64,000 nt of DNA, taken from Chiloscyllium plagiosum (taxonomy: Eukaryota). Under the pieces are notes generated by a model. That model was given only the letters and a program-made list of their open reading frames with translations. It had not been told where the DNA came from and made no database searches. A program made the translations under genes and the position numbers. How positions within the stretch are numbered: the stretch's first letter is position 1; every line of letters starts with the position of its first letter. This document shows positions 34,431 to 46,049 of this stretch, piece after piece. The stretch is from the NCBI RefSeq assembly GCF_004010195.1, contig NC_057734.1, forward strand, positions 21,357,261 to 21,421,260, in the 5' to 3' direction.

Positions 34431-34750
34431 CAACAAGATACCAGCAGCTCCCAATACTAGACAGGTAGCTTCTGACTCTCAAAGTGTTCTGTTACTCTCA
34501 TCTCCAATTAGGCCTTTGCATTGAAAAATAGTTGTCTGGGAGTGATGCATCTGAGGTTAGGACCCAGAATTCATCTGAATTCTGCTTTGAAATTCCAGCC
34601 CATTCCTGGGTTAGTGAGGCAAAGTTTGCCTAGTGCTCCTAGTCCCGATAACCATTTGACAATGCTCACTTGAAGTATGGATGCTTGATGGGGCTTGGCT
34701 TTAGTACTATTTGGTAGTAGGCCATCCCTGGCAAGCAGCCAGTGCCTTTT

Positions 34751-34875
34751 GGCCCCCATTCCTGATGAAGGCCTTTTGCCCGAAACATTGATGGCCCCCA
34801 TTCCTGATGAAGGCCTTTTGCCTGAAATGTCGATGGCCCCATTCCTGATGAAGGCCTTTTGCCCGAAACATCAAT
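34751..34875 (+). ncRNA. Tandem trimer (42/42/41 nt) of minimal hammerhead-ribozyme-like units at the end of a Penelope-derived repeat
   Basis: Unit ggcccccattcCTGATGAaggccttttgcc(c/t)GAAA..(t/c)gat; CTGATGA at 34762, 34804 and 34845; followed by the repeat tail to ~34975. Confidence 0.7.
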
Positions 34876-35221
34876 TTTCCTGCTCTCAAATGCTGCCTGG
34901 TCTGCTGTGCTTTTCCAGCACCACTCTAATCTAAACTCTGGTTTCAAGCATCTGCAGTCCTCACTTTCGCCTATCTAAATTTTCTTCCAAGTGTTGTGCT
35001 TGTTTAATCCTAACGATGTTAGTATGTTTTTTATGTTGGAGTCACCATAGTTGCTCCTGATCCTGCCTTTATCCACAAGTTCATGTTCTTCCAAGGAGGT
35101 CTCTGGATGCCACTAAATAGTGATGGGATTTCAAGCTGATTTTATACTTTTCAGGTCCAGGATTGTGAAGTCATTTGTGTTTCACCCACTCCCGCTTTGC
35201 AAGTTCAGCATAGACAAAATA

Positions 35222-35552
35222 GTGACAGTGGTTAGCACTACTGCTCTCATAGCACCAAGGACCTGTGTTTGATTGCACCCTCAGGCAACTGGTTGTGTGG
35301 AGTTTGCACATTCTCCTTATGTCTGTGAGAGTTTTTTGAGGTGCTCTGGTTTCCTCCCATAGTGCAAAGATGTGCAGGTTGGGTGGATTGTCCATGCTAA
35401 ATTACCCATAGCATCCATGAATGTGCAGACCAAGTTGATTAGCCATGGTAAATGAGGGTTACAGGGTGTGGGTCTGGGTGGGATGCTCTTCAGAGGTTTG
35501 TTGTGGACTTGATGGATCGAATGGCCTGCTTCCACACTGTAGGGATTCTATG
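35222..35552 (+). mobile_element. HE1-type SINE, diverged
   Basis: cagtggttagcact head, tgtggagtttgcacattctcc core, ccacactgtagggattctatga tail. Confidence 0.88.
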
Positions 35553-35845
35553 AAATACTGAACTTGTTTATGTCTGACAGCACTGCTTGTCCCACTTGAG
35601 AAGCCAAAATTAAAACAAAGTATATTATTAATTACAGTTTTCCTGAAGAAAGAGTTGTTATAGTATGTTGGCTGTCAAACCTTATTAACTATTGTGCAGC
35701 ATTTGCTGGACAATCACAATTTTCCGTACACAACTGCAGATAAGTTGTGTGAGTTGTTCTACAATTATTGATTGTATGTATATTTTAAAAATGTGCTACA
35801 CCATTAGTCACCGTAAATTAACTACCTCCTTTTTTATTCCAACAG

Positions 35846-36226
35846 TGTACCGTTTACTGAGCTACTGCTTTTCCCATGACAATGTCTTTGCCTTGCTCAT
35901 CAATGTTGCATTGTTAGTTGTCTTGAGCAGCCGCCTGGAGCAACAGTTGGGCACCATTCGATACTTCTACCTCACCATCCTTTTTGCTGTTTTTTCTGCA
36001 TTGTTTTATCTTCTTTTGGGCAAATTACTAAGTCTTGATGAAACACCAGTGTGTGGTTTTACAACTGTTCAGTTTGCTATGGTGACACTAAGTTGTTGTA
36101 ATTCTGGAATGAAAAGGACCATCAGAGTTGCAGCAGTACCTTGGATATTCCTCCCTGTTGCCTACCTTATTATTCCAGGTTCATCTGTCTTTCTCCATAT
36201 CTGTGGAATTATTGTTGGGCTGACCT
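35846..36226 (+). CDS. RHBDD3: RHBDD3 internal exon (rhomboid-like TM core)
   Basis: aacag|(V)YRLLSYCFSHDNVFALLINV...LEQQLGTIRYFYLT...CGFTTVQFAM...PWIFL...VFLHICGIIVGLT; aligns to RHBDD3 VHRLLTHALGH..LGTLRF..CGY.PVHLAM; ends at a GTATCCTTT donor. Confidence 0.92.
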
Positions 36227-36659
36227 GTATCCTTTCTGATAGTTGCAGGAGAATGGGTTAAAACTCTGAGTAACTTTGCAGGTGTGTAATCCACTATGTT
36301 GTAAATTAAATTCCCAATCAGAATTTTCAAACTGGTTGCAACAGTTGTTATTCAATAATTTAAAGGATTTCTGCTGACAGTCAGCCTCCTTCATCGGTTA
36401 TGTTCATGCCCAGGTGTCCTTGGAGAAGGAGCACGTGATGGCACTAATGCTATTGATGCCTTCAGAGAGAGGTGGGCACCACGGGGTATACAGTGCTTTA
36501 TTTGCCCCTCCAACTCTATTTCAATTTAGTCCCTTCTCACTATCCCTACCCACTTCACCTTTGATGGCTTGCATTGCTAGTAATTGGCTTTGCTTGTAAA
36601 TTTCACAGACGTTTTACTGGTGGTGGTTGCTAGTTTTAGTAGAAAGCAAAAAAAAAATC

Positions 36660-37510
36660 ATAGTCATAGAGATATACAGCACGGAAACAGACCCTTCGGT
36701 CCACCTTGTCCATGCCAACCAGATATCCCAACCCAATCTAGTCCCACCTGCCAGCATCCGGCCTATATCCCTCCAAACCATTCCTATTCATATACCCATC
36801 CAGATGCCTTTTAAATGTTGCAATTGTATTAGCCTCCACCACTTCCTTTGGCAGCTCAATCCAAACACGTGCCACCCTCTGCGTGAAATATTTGCCCCTT
36901 AAGTTTCTTTTATATGCTTCCCATCTCACCCTAAACCTATGCCCTCTAGTCTGGACTCACCCACTCCAGGGAAAAGACTTTGTCTATTTATCCTATCCAT
37001 GCCCCTCATGATTTTATAAACCTCAGCCTCCAACACTCCAGGGAAAACAGCCCTAGCTTATTCACCCTCTCCCTATAGTTCAAATCCTCCACCCTCGCAA
37101 CATCCTTGTAAATCATTTCTGAATCCTTTTAAGTTTCGCAACATCTTTTCTATAGGAAGGAGACGAGAATTGCATACAATATTCCAACAGTGGCCTAACC
37201 AATGTCCTGTACAGCCACAACATAACCTCCCAAATCCTGTACTCAGTACTCTGACTAACAATGGAAAGCATACCAAACGTTGCCTTCACTATCCTATCTA
37301 CCTGCGACTCCTTTTCCAGGAGCTATGAACGTGCATTCCAAGGTCTCTTTGTACAGCAACACTCCCTAGGACCTTCCCATTAAGTGTATAAGTCCTGTTA
37401 AGATTTGCTTTCCCAAAATGCAGCACCTCACATTTATCTAAATTAAACTCCATCTGTCATTTCTCAGCCCATTGACCCATCTGATCAAGATCCCGTTGTA
37501 ATCTGAGGTC
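36660..37510 (-). mobile_element. CR1/HER1 LINE 3' fragment
   Basis: ORFs YFTQRVARVWIELPKEVVEA..FKRHLDGYM; tail atagtcatagagatatacagcacggaaacagacc. Confidence 0.92.
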
Positions 37511-37679
37511 CTGTTGTAATTCCCCTTGGGAAGGTGGGAAGCTTGCTCAGTTGTGCATAATTGCACGTCTGGGTAGAGAAGAAAGTGGCACAGTGGTAGT
37601 GTCTCTAACTCTTAGCCAGAAGATCCCATTTAAGTCTCAACCATTCTAACATGTTATATCAACACCTGTGTGAACAGAA

Positions 37680-38240
37680 TCACATAATTGTTACAGCGCT
37701 GGAGGAGATCAGCCTATTGTATCTGCAGTAGCTCTCAAAACATTTTAACCTATTGCCAATCTCCTGTAGGTTCTCTGTAGCCTTACACATTACTTAAATT
37801 GAAATAATCTTGAAATCTACAGCTGCACCTGCTTCCACCATACGTCCATGCAATGCATTCCATACCCTAACTACTCACTGTGTGAAAAAGGTTTTTCCCA
37901 CCTTGCATCTGCTTTATTTTGAAAAATCTGAACTCTCTGGTTCTCAATTCATTTAGAAGCGGGAGCAGTTTGCCTCTATCCACTCTGTCTAGACCCAGAC
38001 CGCTTACGATTTTGAAAACTTCTGCCAAAGTTCCTCAGCCTCCTTCTGTTCAAGAAGAAAACAGTACCAACTCCTCCAGTCTTTCCTTATAACTGAAGTT
38101 TCTCAACCCTGGAACCATTCTTGTAAATCTCTTCTTCATTGTTTACAATGTGTTCATATCCTTCCTATGATATAGTCCCCAGAATTGTACACAATACTCT
38201 AGCTGAGGTTAAACCAGTGTCTTCATATATGTTTATCATA
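37680..38240 (-). mobile_element. Older CR1 LINE fragment
   Basis: gcattccataccctaactactcactgtgtgaaaaag...cccagaattgtacacaatactc pattern. Confidence 0.7.
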
Positions 38241-38242
38241 AA

Positions 38243-38712
38243 GGATGTTAGTTTGCTTGCTGAGCTACAAGATTCTTTTCAGACATTTTGTCATCATACC
38301 AGGTAACATAATCAGTGAGCCTCTGGTGAAGCACTGGTGTTATGTCCTGCTTTCTATTTATGTGTTTAGGCTCCCTTGGATTGGTGGTGTCATCTTTTGT
38401 GTTGGTGTCATTTCCTATGTAGTGATGTCATTTCCTGTTCTTTTTCTCAAGAGGGTGGTAGATGGGATCCAAATTGTTTCCTGTTCTCTTTCTCAGAGGG
38501 TGGTAAATGGGGTCCAAATGACACCACCAACACAGGAAATGACATCGACAGCCCAAGGAAACTTCAACATATAAATAGAAAGCGGGACATAACACCAGCG
38601 CTTCACCAGAGGCTCACCTAGTACGGTAGTGAAATGTCTGAAAACAAACCTTCCAGCTCAGTGAGCAAACTTGCATCCAGAACCTCAACCTGAGCTACAA
38701 ATCTTCTCAAAA
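38243..38712. mobile_element. Penelope-derived element with inverted termini
   Basis: Left gagcctctggtgaagcactggtgttatgtcctgctttctatt is the reverse complement of right aatagaaagcgggacataacaccagcgcttcaccagaggctc; internal ~44-bp direct duplication. Confidence 0.72.
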
Positions 38713-39582
38713 AGTTGATTATGTGTTAGATATTACTGCTATACCTTAGTAAGTCAGCCTGAGATTTGATTTGGCTATTTAATTCTTCTATTAATTTGAA
38801 AAAAATTGTTTCACATTTTATTGAAGTAAAGAGAACATTTTGATCTTTCCACAAGTACATAAACTGCTAAAACACATTGGCAACTGTGTTTGAAAAATGC
38901 CTTTAGTTGCAATATAGTGCAGCAGGTATGAATTTTCAGACAATGTGCAGAGGCAGTGGGACCTAGACAGTGTAAATAAGAAAAAACTGTTCACATCAAT
39001 AAGATGATAAAGAACAAGAAGTCACATATATAAATTAATTAGCAAAAGAAACAATAGAGATGAAGGGGGAAACTTATACTGTCAGTGATTATACCGTGGA
39101 ATGTGCTGCTGAAGAGTGTGGTGGAGGTAGGTTCAATCAAAGCAATCAAAAAGGAATTGGATTATTAACTATAAAGGAAGAATGTGGAGGTTTACTGGAA
39201 GAAGGGAAGGAAATGACATTGGGTGCATTGCTCATTTCAGAGAGCCAGCACAGACAAAGGACTGGAGAATGCTCTCCTATGTTGTAACAATTCTGTGAAA
39301 TGTGATTAACTTCTGGGATAAAACATGTTATCAAATTAGCTGTTGCATACATTTTTACTGCTCTAAAATGCATTTTTCTTTAATTTTGGGCATTGATAAA
39401 GAATGCTTTTGTTCTGGCTGTACACTCAATGAGTATTTTTTTTAATCCTTTGAGTGCAGTCATTCTCATGACATGTAAAGTACATTCATGCAAAAACAAA
39501 ATGTGAAGTTGAATGGTTGAAATCTGCCATACCTACACTTGGTCCAACTGATTTGAATATCCTTGACATTATTTTTATTCAG

Positions 39583-39736
39583 ATAGGTATAGATTTTTAT
39601 TTTGCCAGGAGTTGTCAAACTCATTGATAGATGCTGTTGAAAGGCTGGCTATCTGTAAGTTTCTGCAACATAACTCCTGGATTCCATTTATCTTCTCTCC
39701 AGCAAAATATCATCTTCCTGTTAGTAACACTGAGAG
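39583..39736 (+). CDS. RHBDD3: RHBDD3 exon
   Basis: (Y)RYRFLFCQELSNSLIDAVERLAICKFLQHNSWIPFIFSPAKYHLPVSNTE(R)|gtgagc; 154 nt, phases 1/2. Confidence 0.87.
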
Positions 39737-42700
39737 GTGAGCAGAACATTTTAAGCTTAGGACTTTTTGTCAACATATAATATACAGTGGAAATGTTGTA
39801 AATGTTATGTACAAATTTCTGTTCCCTATTTCATAGTTTTATTTTTATAAGAATTGCCATATGTTAATGCAGTCTGTTTTGACAAGTATTTAGTTTGCAA
39901 CACACTATACTTTCTAATATTTATAGAGGGAAATTCACTTGTGTTGAAATTGCATTCTTCCTGTATTATTCTTGACTGAGATGGCAGATGGACAACCTGC
40001 TATCAGAGTTCTGCTAATGCTTTTCAGCAGGCTGCAGGCAGGTCTATAATGTGGCTTTCTTTCACAATGCTCCCTTGGAAAACATCTGGTGGTTCTTTAT
40101 AGATTGAATGATTGGGAGCCATTTGGCACAGTTTTATCCCCACTCTAATCTTGCCTGCAATAATTTTGGAGTATTAGCTACTTGTTAGAGGGTAGATCTG
40201 TGGATGTTCTTGGCCTTTCAGTTTTGAGTTGTGTGAGATAAAACAATTTAACCTCAATCTTGTTCTTCCTTTGAATTACACAATGACTTTGAGCGGATGC
40301 CAACTGCAGCATTCCTATTGCCTTTTGGGCTCAAAACATCTATCTACCTCACTTAAAAAAAAGAGTAATCTGTCTTGGGATGGATGAACTCTGAAGATCT
40401 TCAGTGGAACCTTTGCATGGTTAAAGAACAGTACACACTGTTTTATAATGCCTTTTTTATAGTGTGATAGTCTTCCAGGCAGTGTAGCTAGTATACAATG
40501 TAGTAATTGCTATGCGATTTTAATTAGGAATAAATTTGTAGTTGTACATTTTGTTTATAGCAGCTATTCTTTATTCTTTACAATGATATAATACTACTTA
40601 CTCCAAAGCCGCACTCATTGTAAAACATAAAAGCACAGTACAATGAAAGGACAGAAATGTTCTACCCAAACAAAAATAAAACTTAGTAAAAAATGTAAAG
40701 CATGGGTGTGTAAGTTGCTATCCAAAAGTAATGTAAATATGTCATCTTCTAAAAGGTTATGTTATAGAGAAATCTATCTCGTTCCAGTTCATGGCTTCTG
40801 TCACATGAAATGGTTTCAGTGTTTGCCGTTTTAACACTGGCCACTTTAAAGCAATGTCATAATTATATCTGAAATACTGCTACCTATCTAACAGATGGTT
40901 AATGGGCCATATAATTGCAACTCTTGCTTTTAGTTCTAATTTTGTACCATTCATTCTTTTCGTGCAACTTGAGTTAATTTTCTTTGGAAAAAAAAGAGAA
41001 GTTGACAAATAAACGGAAAGACAATTTAAAAGCTTTTGAAATTGAACATGTTGGCAAAAAAAAGTGCTAAAAACAATTTGGCAGCATCAAGTGTAGGTAA
41101 TTAAATCCACTCACCTTATACAGAATTAGTTGCTGAAGATACAAATCGGATTAGGAGAACAAGTTGCAAGCCATGTCACGCTGACATTGCACGATCACAA
41201 ACAACCACTTTATTTAAATGTTCAGCTATACCATTGGGTGGGGTATCCTGCCGTGATTAAAAACTGCTGATTGTGGCCTCCCTGATTTGTGACTTGGTAC
41301 TACTTTATTAAGTAGTGAACTAGAGTATGTTTATCTGCTTTTCTTAAAAAGACTCCTCTCTAAATAGAACACAGATAAAAATAGCTTTTACTTTACAGTA
41401 GTACTGTACTCATAATAGATGTAACAGTTAAGTATATTATTGTGATGTACTTTAACCACTTTTTATCTCCCTGAGCACATATAAAGAGTTGATTTGTATC
41501 TCCAAATTCTTTGAGTCAGTCAGCATCAGCCATTTTAGAATTGTTAAGTACTTCATACATATTGTCCCTTGATGCTGAGGGGCTCTGTATCTTGATGAGG
41601 GCTGAGGAGAAGACATTTTGAAATTCTGCATTAAGAATGGTGTATTCTGGATAATGGTAGATGTTTTGGCTTCACAACTTAGGCATTTATAAAATTAAAA
41701 TACAAAAGATTACATTTATTCAGAGTCCTCTTCAAAAAAACCTGAAACATCACTCATCCTACCTCACAGTGCCACTCCACTAGCCATCACTACTAAGACT
41801 GAGAGGGGAAGGGACAACCACTCAGATACTTCCTGTTTCTCCTGTGGTTTACAAGAGTACTCGACATTTCTTAATTGACGATTAAGGTGATGCTGGCTAA
41901 AAGGCTGCTGAAGTGTACTGAACTTAAATAATAGTCTGACTAAATTGTTTTGAAAAGGAGAAACAATAACACCTGAATCATCTTGAAAATGAAGTTAACT
42001 TAATAAATAAAATTGAGTTTTTTGGTGTTGAATGTGCCCTTTGGTGCCCACTTTATGGAAGACCTGAGGTACACTGGTGAGCTCCATGTGATATTTCTTC
42101 AAGATCAGTGGGGTACATATTTGGCTGTGGAAGGCAGACAGTGCTAACAAATTTATCAGTGGTGTTTAATTTGGACCTGAGGAAGGCCACCTCCACCATG
42201 AGGCGCAACAGGTGGTCTGAGTGGGGGCCTAGAGTACCCCACCTTGTTTGATGTGCTCATTATTGGCTGTTCTGGCTATAATCCTACCTGGTGATGTTGC
42301 TTTATTCCTGGATGCAGATCATGTACTTCAGGTAGAAATTCCTAATTTAGTAAATTATGTAATGCTATGTATGGCACCAACTTTATTCCTGGAACAGAGC
42401 AGCAGAATCAATTATGAGTGGAACTGAGAATCAATGAACAGAGTGCAGCAGTATTTTAGGCTGAAATTCTGAGTATCTTTGGAGTTTCAACTTAGACTTT
42501 AACTTCAAAAGCTGATTTGCTGCTTTGAGGGATTGAACTATGGCATCATTTCAAAAAGCATTAGAATACAATTTAATGTGGATTTGAACATTTAGCATTA
42601 ATTGTGACAGTGTGATTGTTTGAATACAGATTTGGACCTTTGATAGTGATAAATCAACATTTATGACTCAGTAAAACAAATTCCACTGCCCTCTGGATTT

Positions 42701-42868
42701 CTGGATGTTAGGAAGCTAGACTACATTTGGAATTGAAAATCTACATGTGAATCAAAGTTTGTTTTCGAAAACAGAATTCAAGGCAGTTCATGCTTCTTCT
42801 CATTCGCTCTTCTCCCACCCCAGACAGTAGTAGAGTTCCTGGAGCAGAGACAGTCACTTTATAAACAT

Positions 42869-43195
42869 GGGGAGGCGATGGCCTACTGGTATTATCATTA
42901 GACTATTAATCCAGAAACTCAGCTAATTTTCTTGGAACCTGAGTTTGAATCCTGCCACGGCAGATGAATTTGAATTCAATTAAAAAAAATTTGGAATTAA
43001 GAATCTACTGATGACCTTGAAACCATTGTTAATTGTCAGAAAACCCATCTGGCTCACTAATGTACTTCAGGGAATGGAATCTGCTATCCCACCTGCTCTG
43101 GCCTACGTGTGACTCCAAACCCACAGCCATGTGATTGAGTCTCAACTGCTCTCTGAAATGGTATGAGAGATAGGCAACGAATACTGGCCCTAAGT
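42869..43195 (+). mobile_element. tRNA-headed SINE (family B)
   Basis: ggggaggcgatggcctactggta...gagtttgaatcc head; body shared with 48775-49085 and 61475-61740. Confidence 0.8.
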
Positions 43196-43479
43196 GATTT
43201 AAAAAAATAGCCAAGTGGTCATATTGAAAATGATGAACATATGGGAAACTGTGCAACTGTGAGGCACTTCATAAATTTACCTTATCTGATGCTTTCCTAA
43301 TAGGGGGACATTATTTAACACTGAAAAGCTGAACTTTAGCTGACATTTTGTTTTGATCTGCCTGTCTAGTTCAGAATGCTGAGACCAATTCTAGTATCCC
43401 AACTGAGTTCCCAATTCAGTAGATATGGAATTGCTAGGACTCTTTGTGGTCTACATTAGTCAGGACCATAAAAGTATCT

Positions 43480-44340
43480 ACTGCATGATTGAGAGAGCTT
43501 GTAGTTGCATTTTAGAAACCAGTCAGTCCATTCTGCTTCCCTGCTCTGACCTACAAATCTTGATGTTTATTTAGAATACAAATTCCTTTTAAAAAAGTCA
43601 TTAAATCTTTTTGTGCCATCCTTTCATGCATTCCTGTCAAAAAAAGCCTTTTCATTACCCTTGTTTTGTTCTGCCAGTTATCTCAAAGCCATGTCTTGGA
43701 GTTATTTATCCTTCTACCAGTGGAAACAACTTCTTCGTATTTGGTCTACCAAAACCTTTCAAATTTTTGCACCTTTAATGCATCTCCTCTTCATCTTCTT
43801 TGCTGGACGGAAAACAGTCCCAATTTCTGTAGTCTTTCCTTATAACTGACGTCTCTCACCCCTGGTCATGTTCTAGCAATTCTCCTCTGCACCCTGCCTG
43901 AAAGTCTTGATATCCTTCTTAAAATGTGGTGCCCAGAATTAGACCAAATATTTCAGCTGATGTTAAACTTCTGATTTAGAAAGCTTTTGCATAACTTCCT
44001 TGTTTCGTGCTTTATATATCTTCTATAAAGTCATGGGTCTTATGATTTTAGTAACCTTCTCAATTTGTCCTGTTACCTTTTTAAAGTTTTGTGTTTGTTT
44101 TGTTTTTGTGTCTGTGTTCCTATACCAGCCTTACAATTGTATATGCCCTTATTCTTTCTACATAAGTTGTTTTCCATGCTGTAAGTCCCTGATACCCAGG
44201 TACAGTATGGACCATTAATATATCAGAAAATGGTCCTAACATTGACCCTTGGAGAGAACTACAGGAAAACCTTCTGTAATCTGTAAGACTGCTCAGCACA
44301 AAGTTGCTTTTTGTCTCTTGGTTATTTCATATCTGTGCTG
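43480..44340 (-). mobile_element. Old CR1 LINE fragment
   Basis: ctcctctgcaccct...tatccttcttaaaatgtggtgcccagaatt pattern. Confidence 0.6.
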
Positions 44341-44369
44341 CCTGTGCCCCTTTAATCCCAGGGACATCA

Positions 44370-45290
44370 ATTCAAATACTCCACAAAGAGTGGTGGAGTA
44401 GCAGAAAGCATAAGAGACTGTCAGACTACAGGAGGATATAGATAGACTGGAGACTTGGGCAGAAGAGTGCAGATGGCTTTCAGTCCAGACAAATGTGAGG
44501 TGATGCATTTAGGCAAGTCTAATTTTAGAGTGAATTATACAATGAATGGAAGAGCCTTGGGAAAAGTTGATGGGCAGAGAGATCTGGGGGTGCAGGTCCA
44601 TTGTATCCTGAAGGTTGCTGCACAGGTGGATAGAATGGTCAAGAAGGCATACAGTATGCTTGCCTTTGTTGGACTGGGTATTGAGTATAACAGCTGGCAA
44701 GTCATTTTAAAATTGTACAAGACATTGGTTCAGCCGCATTTAGAATACTGTGTATAGTTCTGGTCGCCACATTACCAAAGGGATGTGGACGCTTTGGAGA
44801 GGGTGCAGAGAAGGTTTACGAGGATGTTGCCTGGTATGAAAAGTGCTAGCTATGAAGAACGGTTGAGTAGGTTAGGTTTATTTTCACTAGAAAAAAGGAG
44901 ATTGAGGGGGACCTGGTTGAGGTTTACAAAATCATGAAAGGTATAGACAGGGTGGATAGAGACAAGCTTTTTCCCAGGGTGAAGGATTCAATAACGAGAG
45001 GTCATGCTTTCAAGGTGAGAGGTGGAAAGTTTAAGGAGGATACACGCAGCAAGTACTTCATACAGAGGGTGGTGGGCATTTGGAACATGTTGCCAGCAGA
45101 GCTGGCAGAGGCAGGCACAGTATTCATTTAAGATGCGTCTGGACAGATGCATGAGTAGGTGGGGAGCAGAGGGATACAAATGGTTAGGAATTGACCGACC
45201 GGTTTAGACAGTACATTTGGATCGGCTCAGGCTTGGAGAGCCGAACGGCCTGTTCCTGGGCTGTAAATTTTATTTGTTCTTTGTTCACTA
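44370..45290 (+). mobile_element. CR1 LINE ORF2 3' fragment
   Basis: QMAFSPDKCEVMHLG...RDLGVQVH..LYKTLVQPHLEYCV..; FPRVKDSITRGHAFKVRGGKF. Confidence 0.93.
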
Positions 45291-45516
45291 ACAAGGTTAA
45301 TATAAATCATGTAATTATTTCAGGTCCTCTAATGTATCTAAGAATTAAAAGATGTGCACAACATATTTCTTGGGAACTTCACTGTTCGCCTGTTTGTTTT
45401 CGACATATTTTTGTTTGATCTGCGAATTATTACTAAATATTTCAGTTTTGGATCTGCCATTATGAATATTTTCAAAAAGATTATATTGCACTCCATGTTT
45501 ATATTCACATTTGCAG

Positions 45517-45942
45517 ATTCCATTCTATGCCAGAACTCCACAGGACTCAAGGGTCTTCAACAGCACATTTATCAGCTGCTTCTGATGATTGTACTACGAG
45601 AGAAGGCAACAGCTACAATATTGAAATAGATTCTCAGTGGACAGAAACTTCCAACCAGACATTTCCTGCTTTGCAGCCTCACACTGGATCTTCACATACC
45701 AATTACTTACAAGCAGAACTGTATAATTCATATGATTTTGCACATCTTAGACAACTAGATTCCAACTATCATCCCTCTGGATTTTATCACCTGAATCCAC
45801 ATGATGTCTATGCTGCTGCAGCACATGGTCTTCTCACTGATGAGGATCTTCTTCATGCTGGTGTTATTGCCTCCTTATGGGAATCTGGAATGGACCTGAA
45901 TCGTAAAGTGGAAATACCTAAATCTTCAGTCTCTTCTCTGCG
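45517..45942 (+). CDS. RHBDD3: RHBDD3 exon (cytosolic linker ending KSSVSSLR)
   Basis: ttgcag|A TTC CAT TCT ATG CCA...DEDLLHAGVIASL...EIPKSSVSSL(R)|gtaggt; matches RHBDD3 DEQMLQEGIQASL..SKSSVSSLR. Confidence 0.9.
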
Positions 45943-46049
45943 GTAGGTAACAGGCAATAAAAGATGTTTGTAAAGCACTTTGTGCATTTTACGGGAATAT
46001 TTTATTTTAAGTAGTCAAGTTCAGGAAGGATTACTGAGCAGTCAAACTA

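Larger units (their letters stand above)
36227..39582 (+). other. RHBDD3: U12-type (minor spliceosome) GT-AG intron of RHBDD3
   Basis: 5'ss GTATCCTTT (36227-36235); branch site TCCTTGAC (39560-39567) 15-16 nt before AG (39581-39582); the frame joins as T|AT = Tyr. Confidence 0.88.

Noticed and set aside
34751-34875. CRISPR-like repeat array
   Set aside because: Eukaryotic DNA with contiguous units, no unique spacers and no cas genes; explained as hammerhead-unit repeats.
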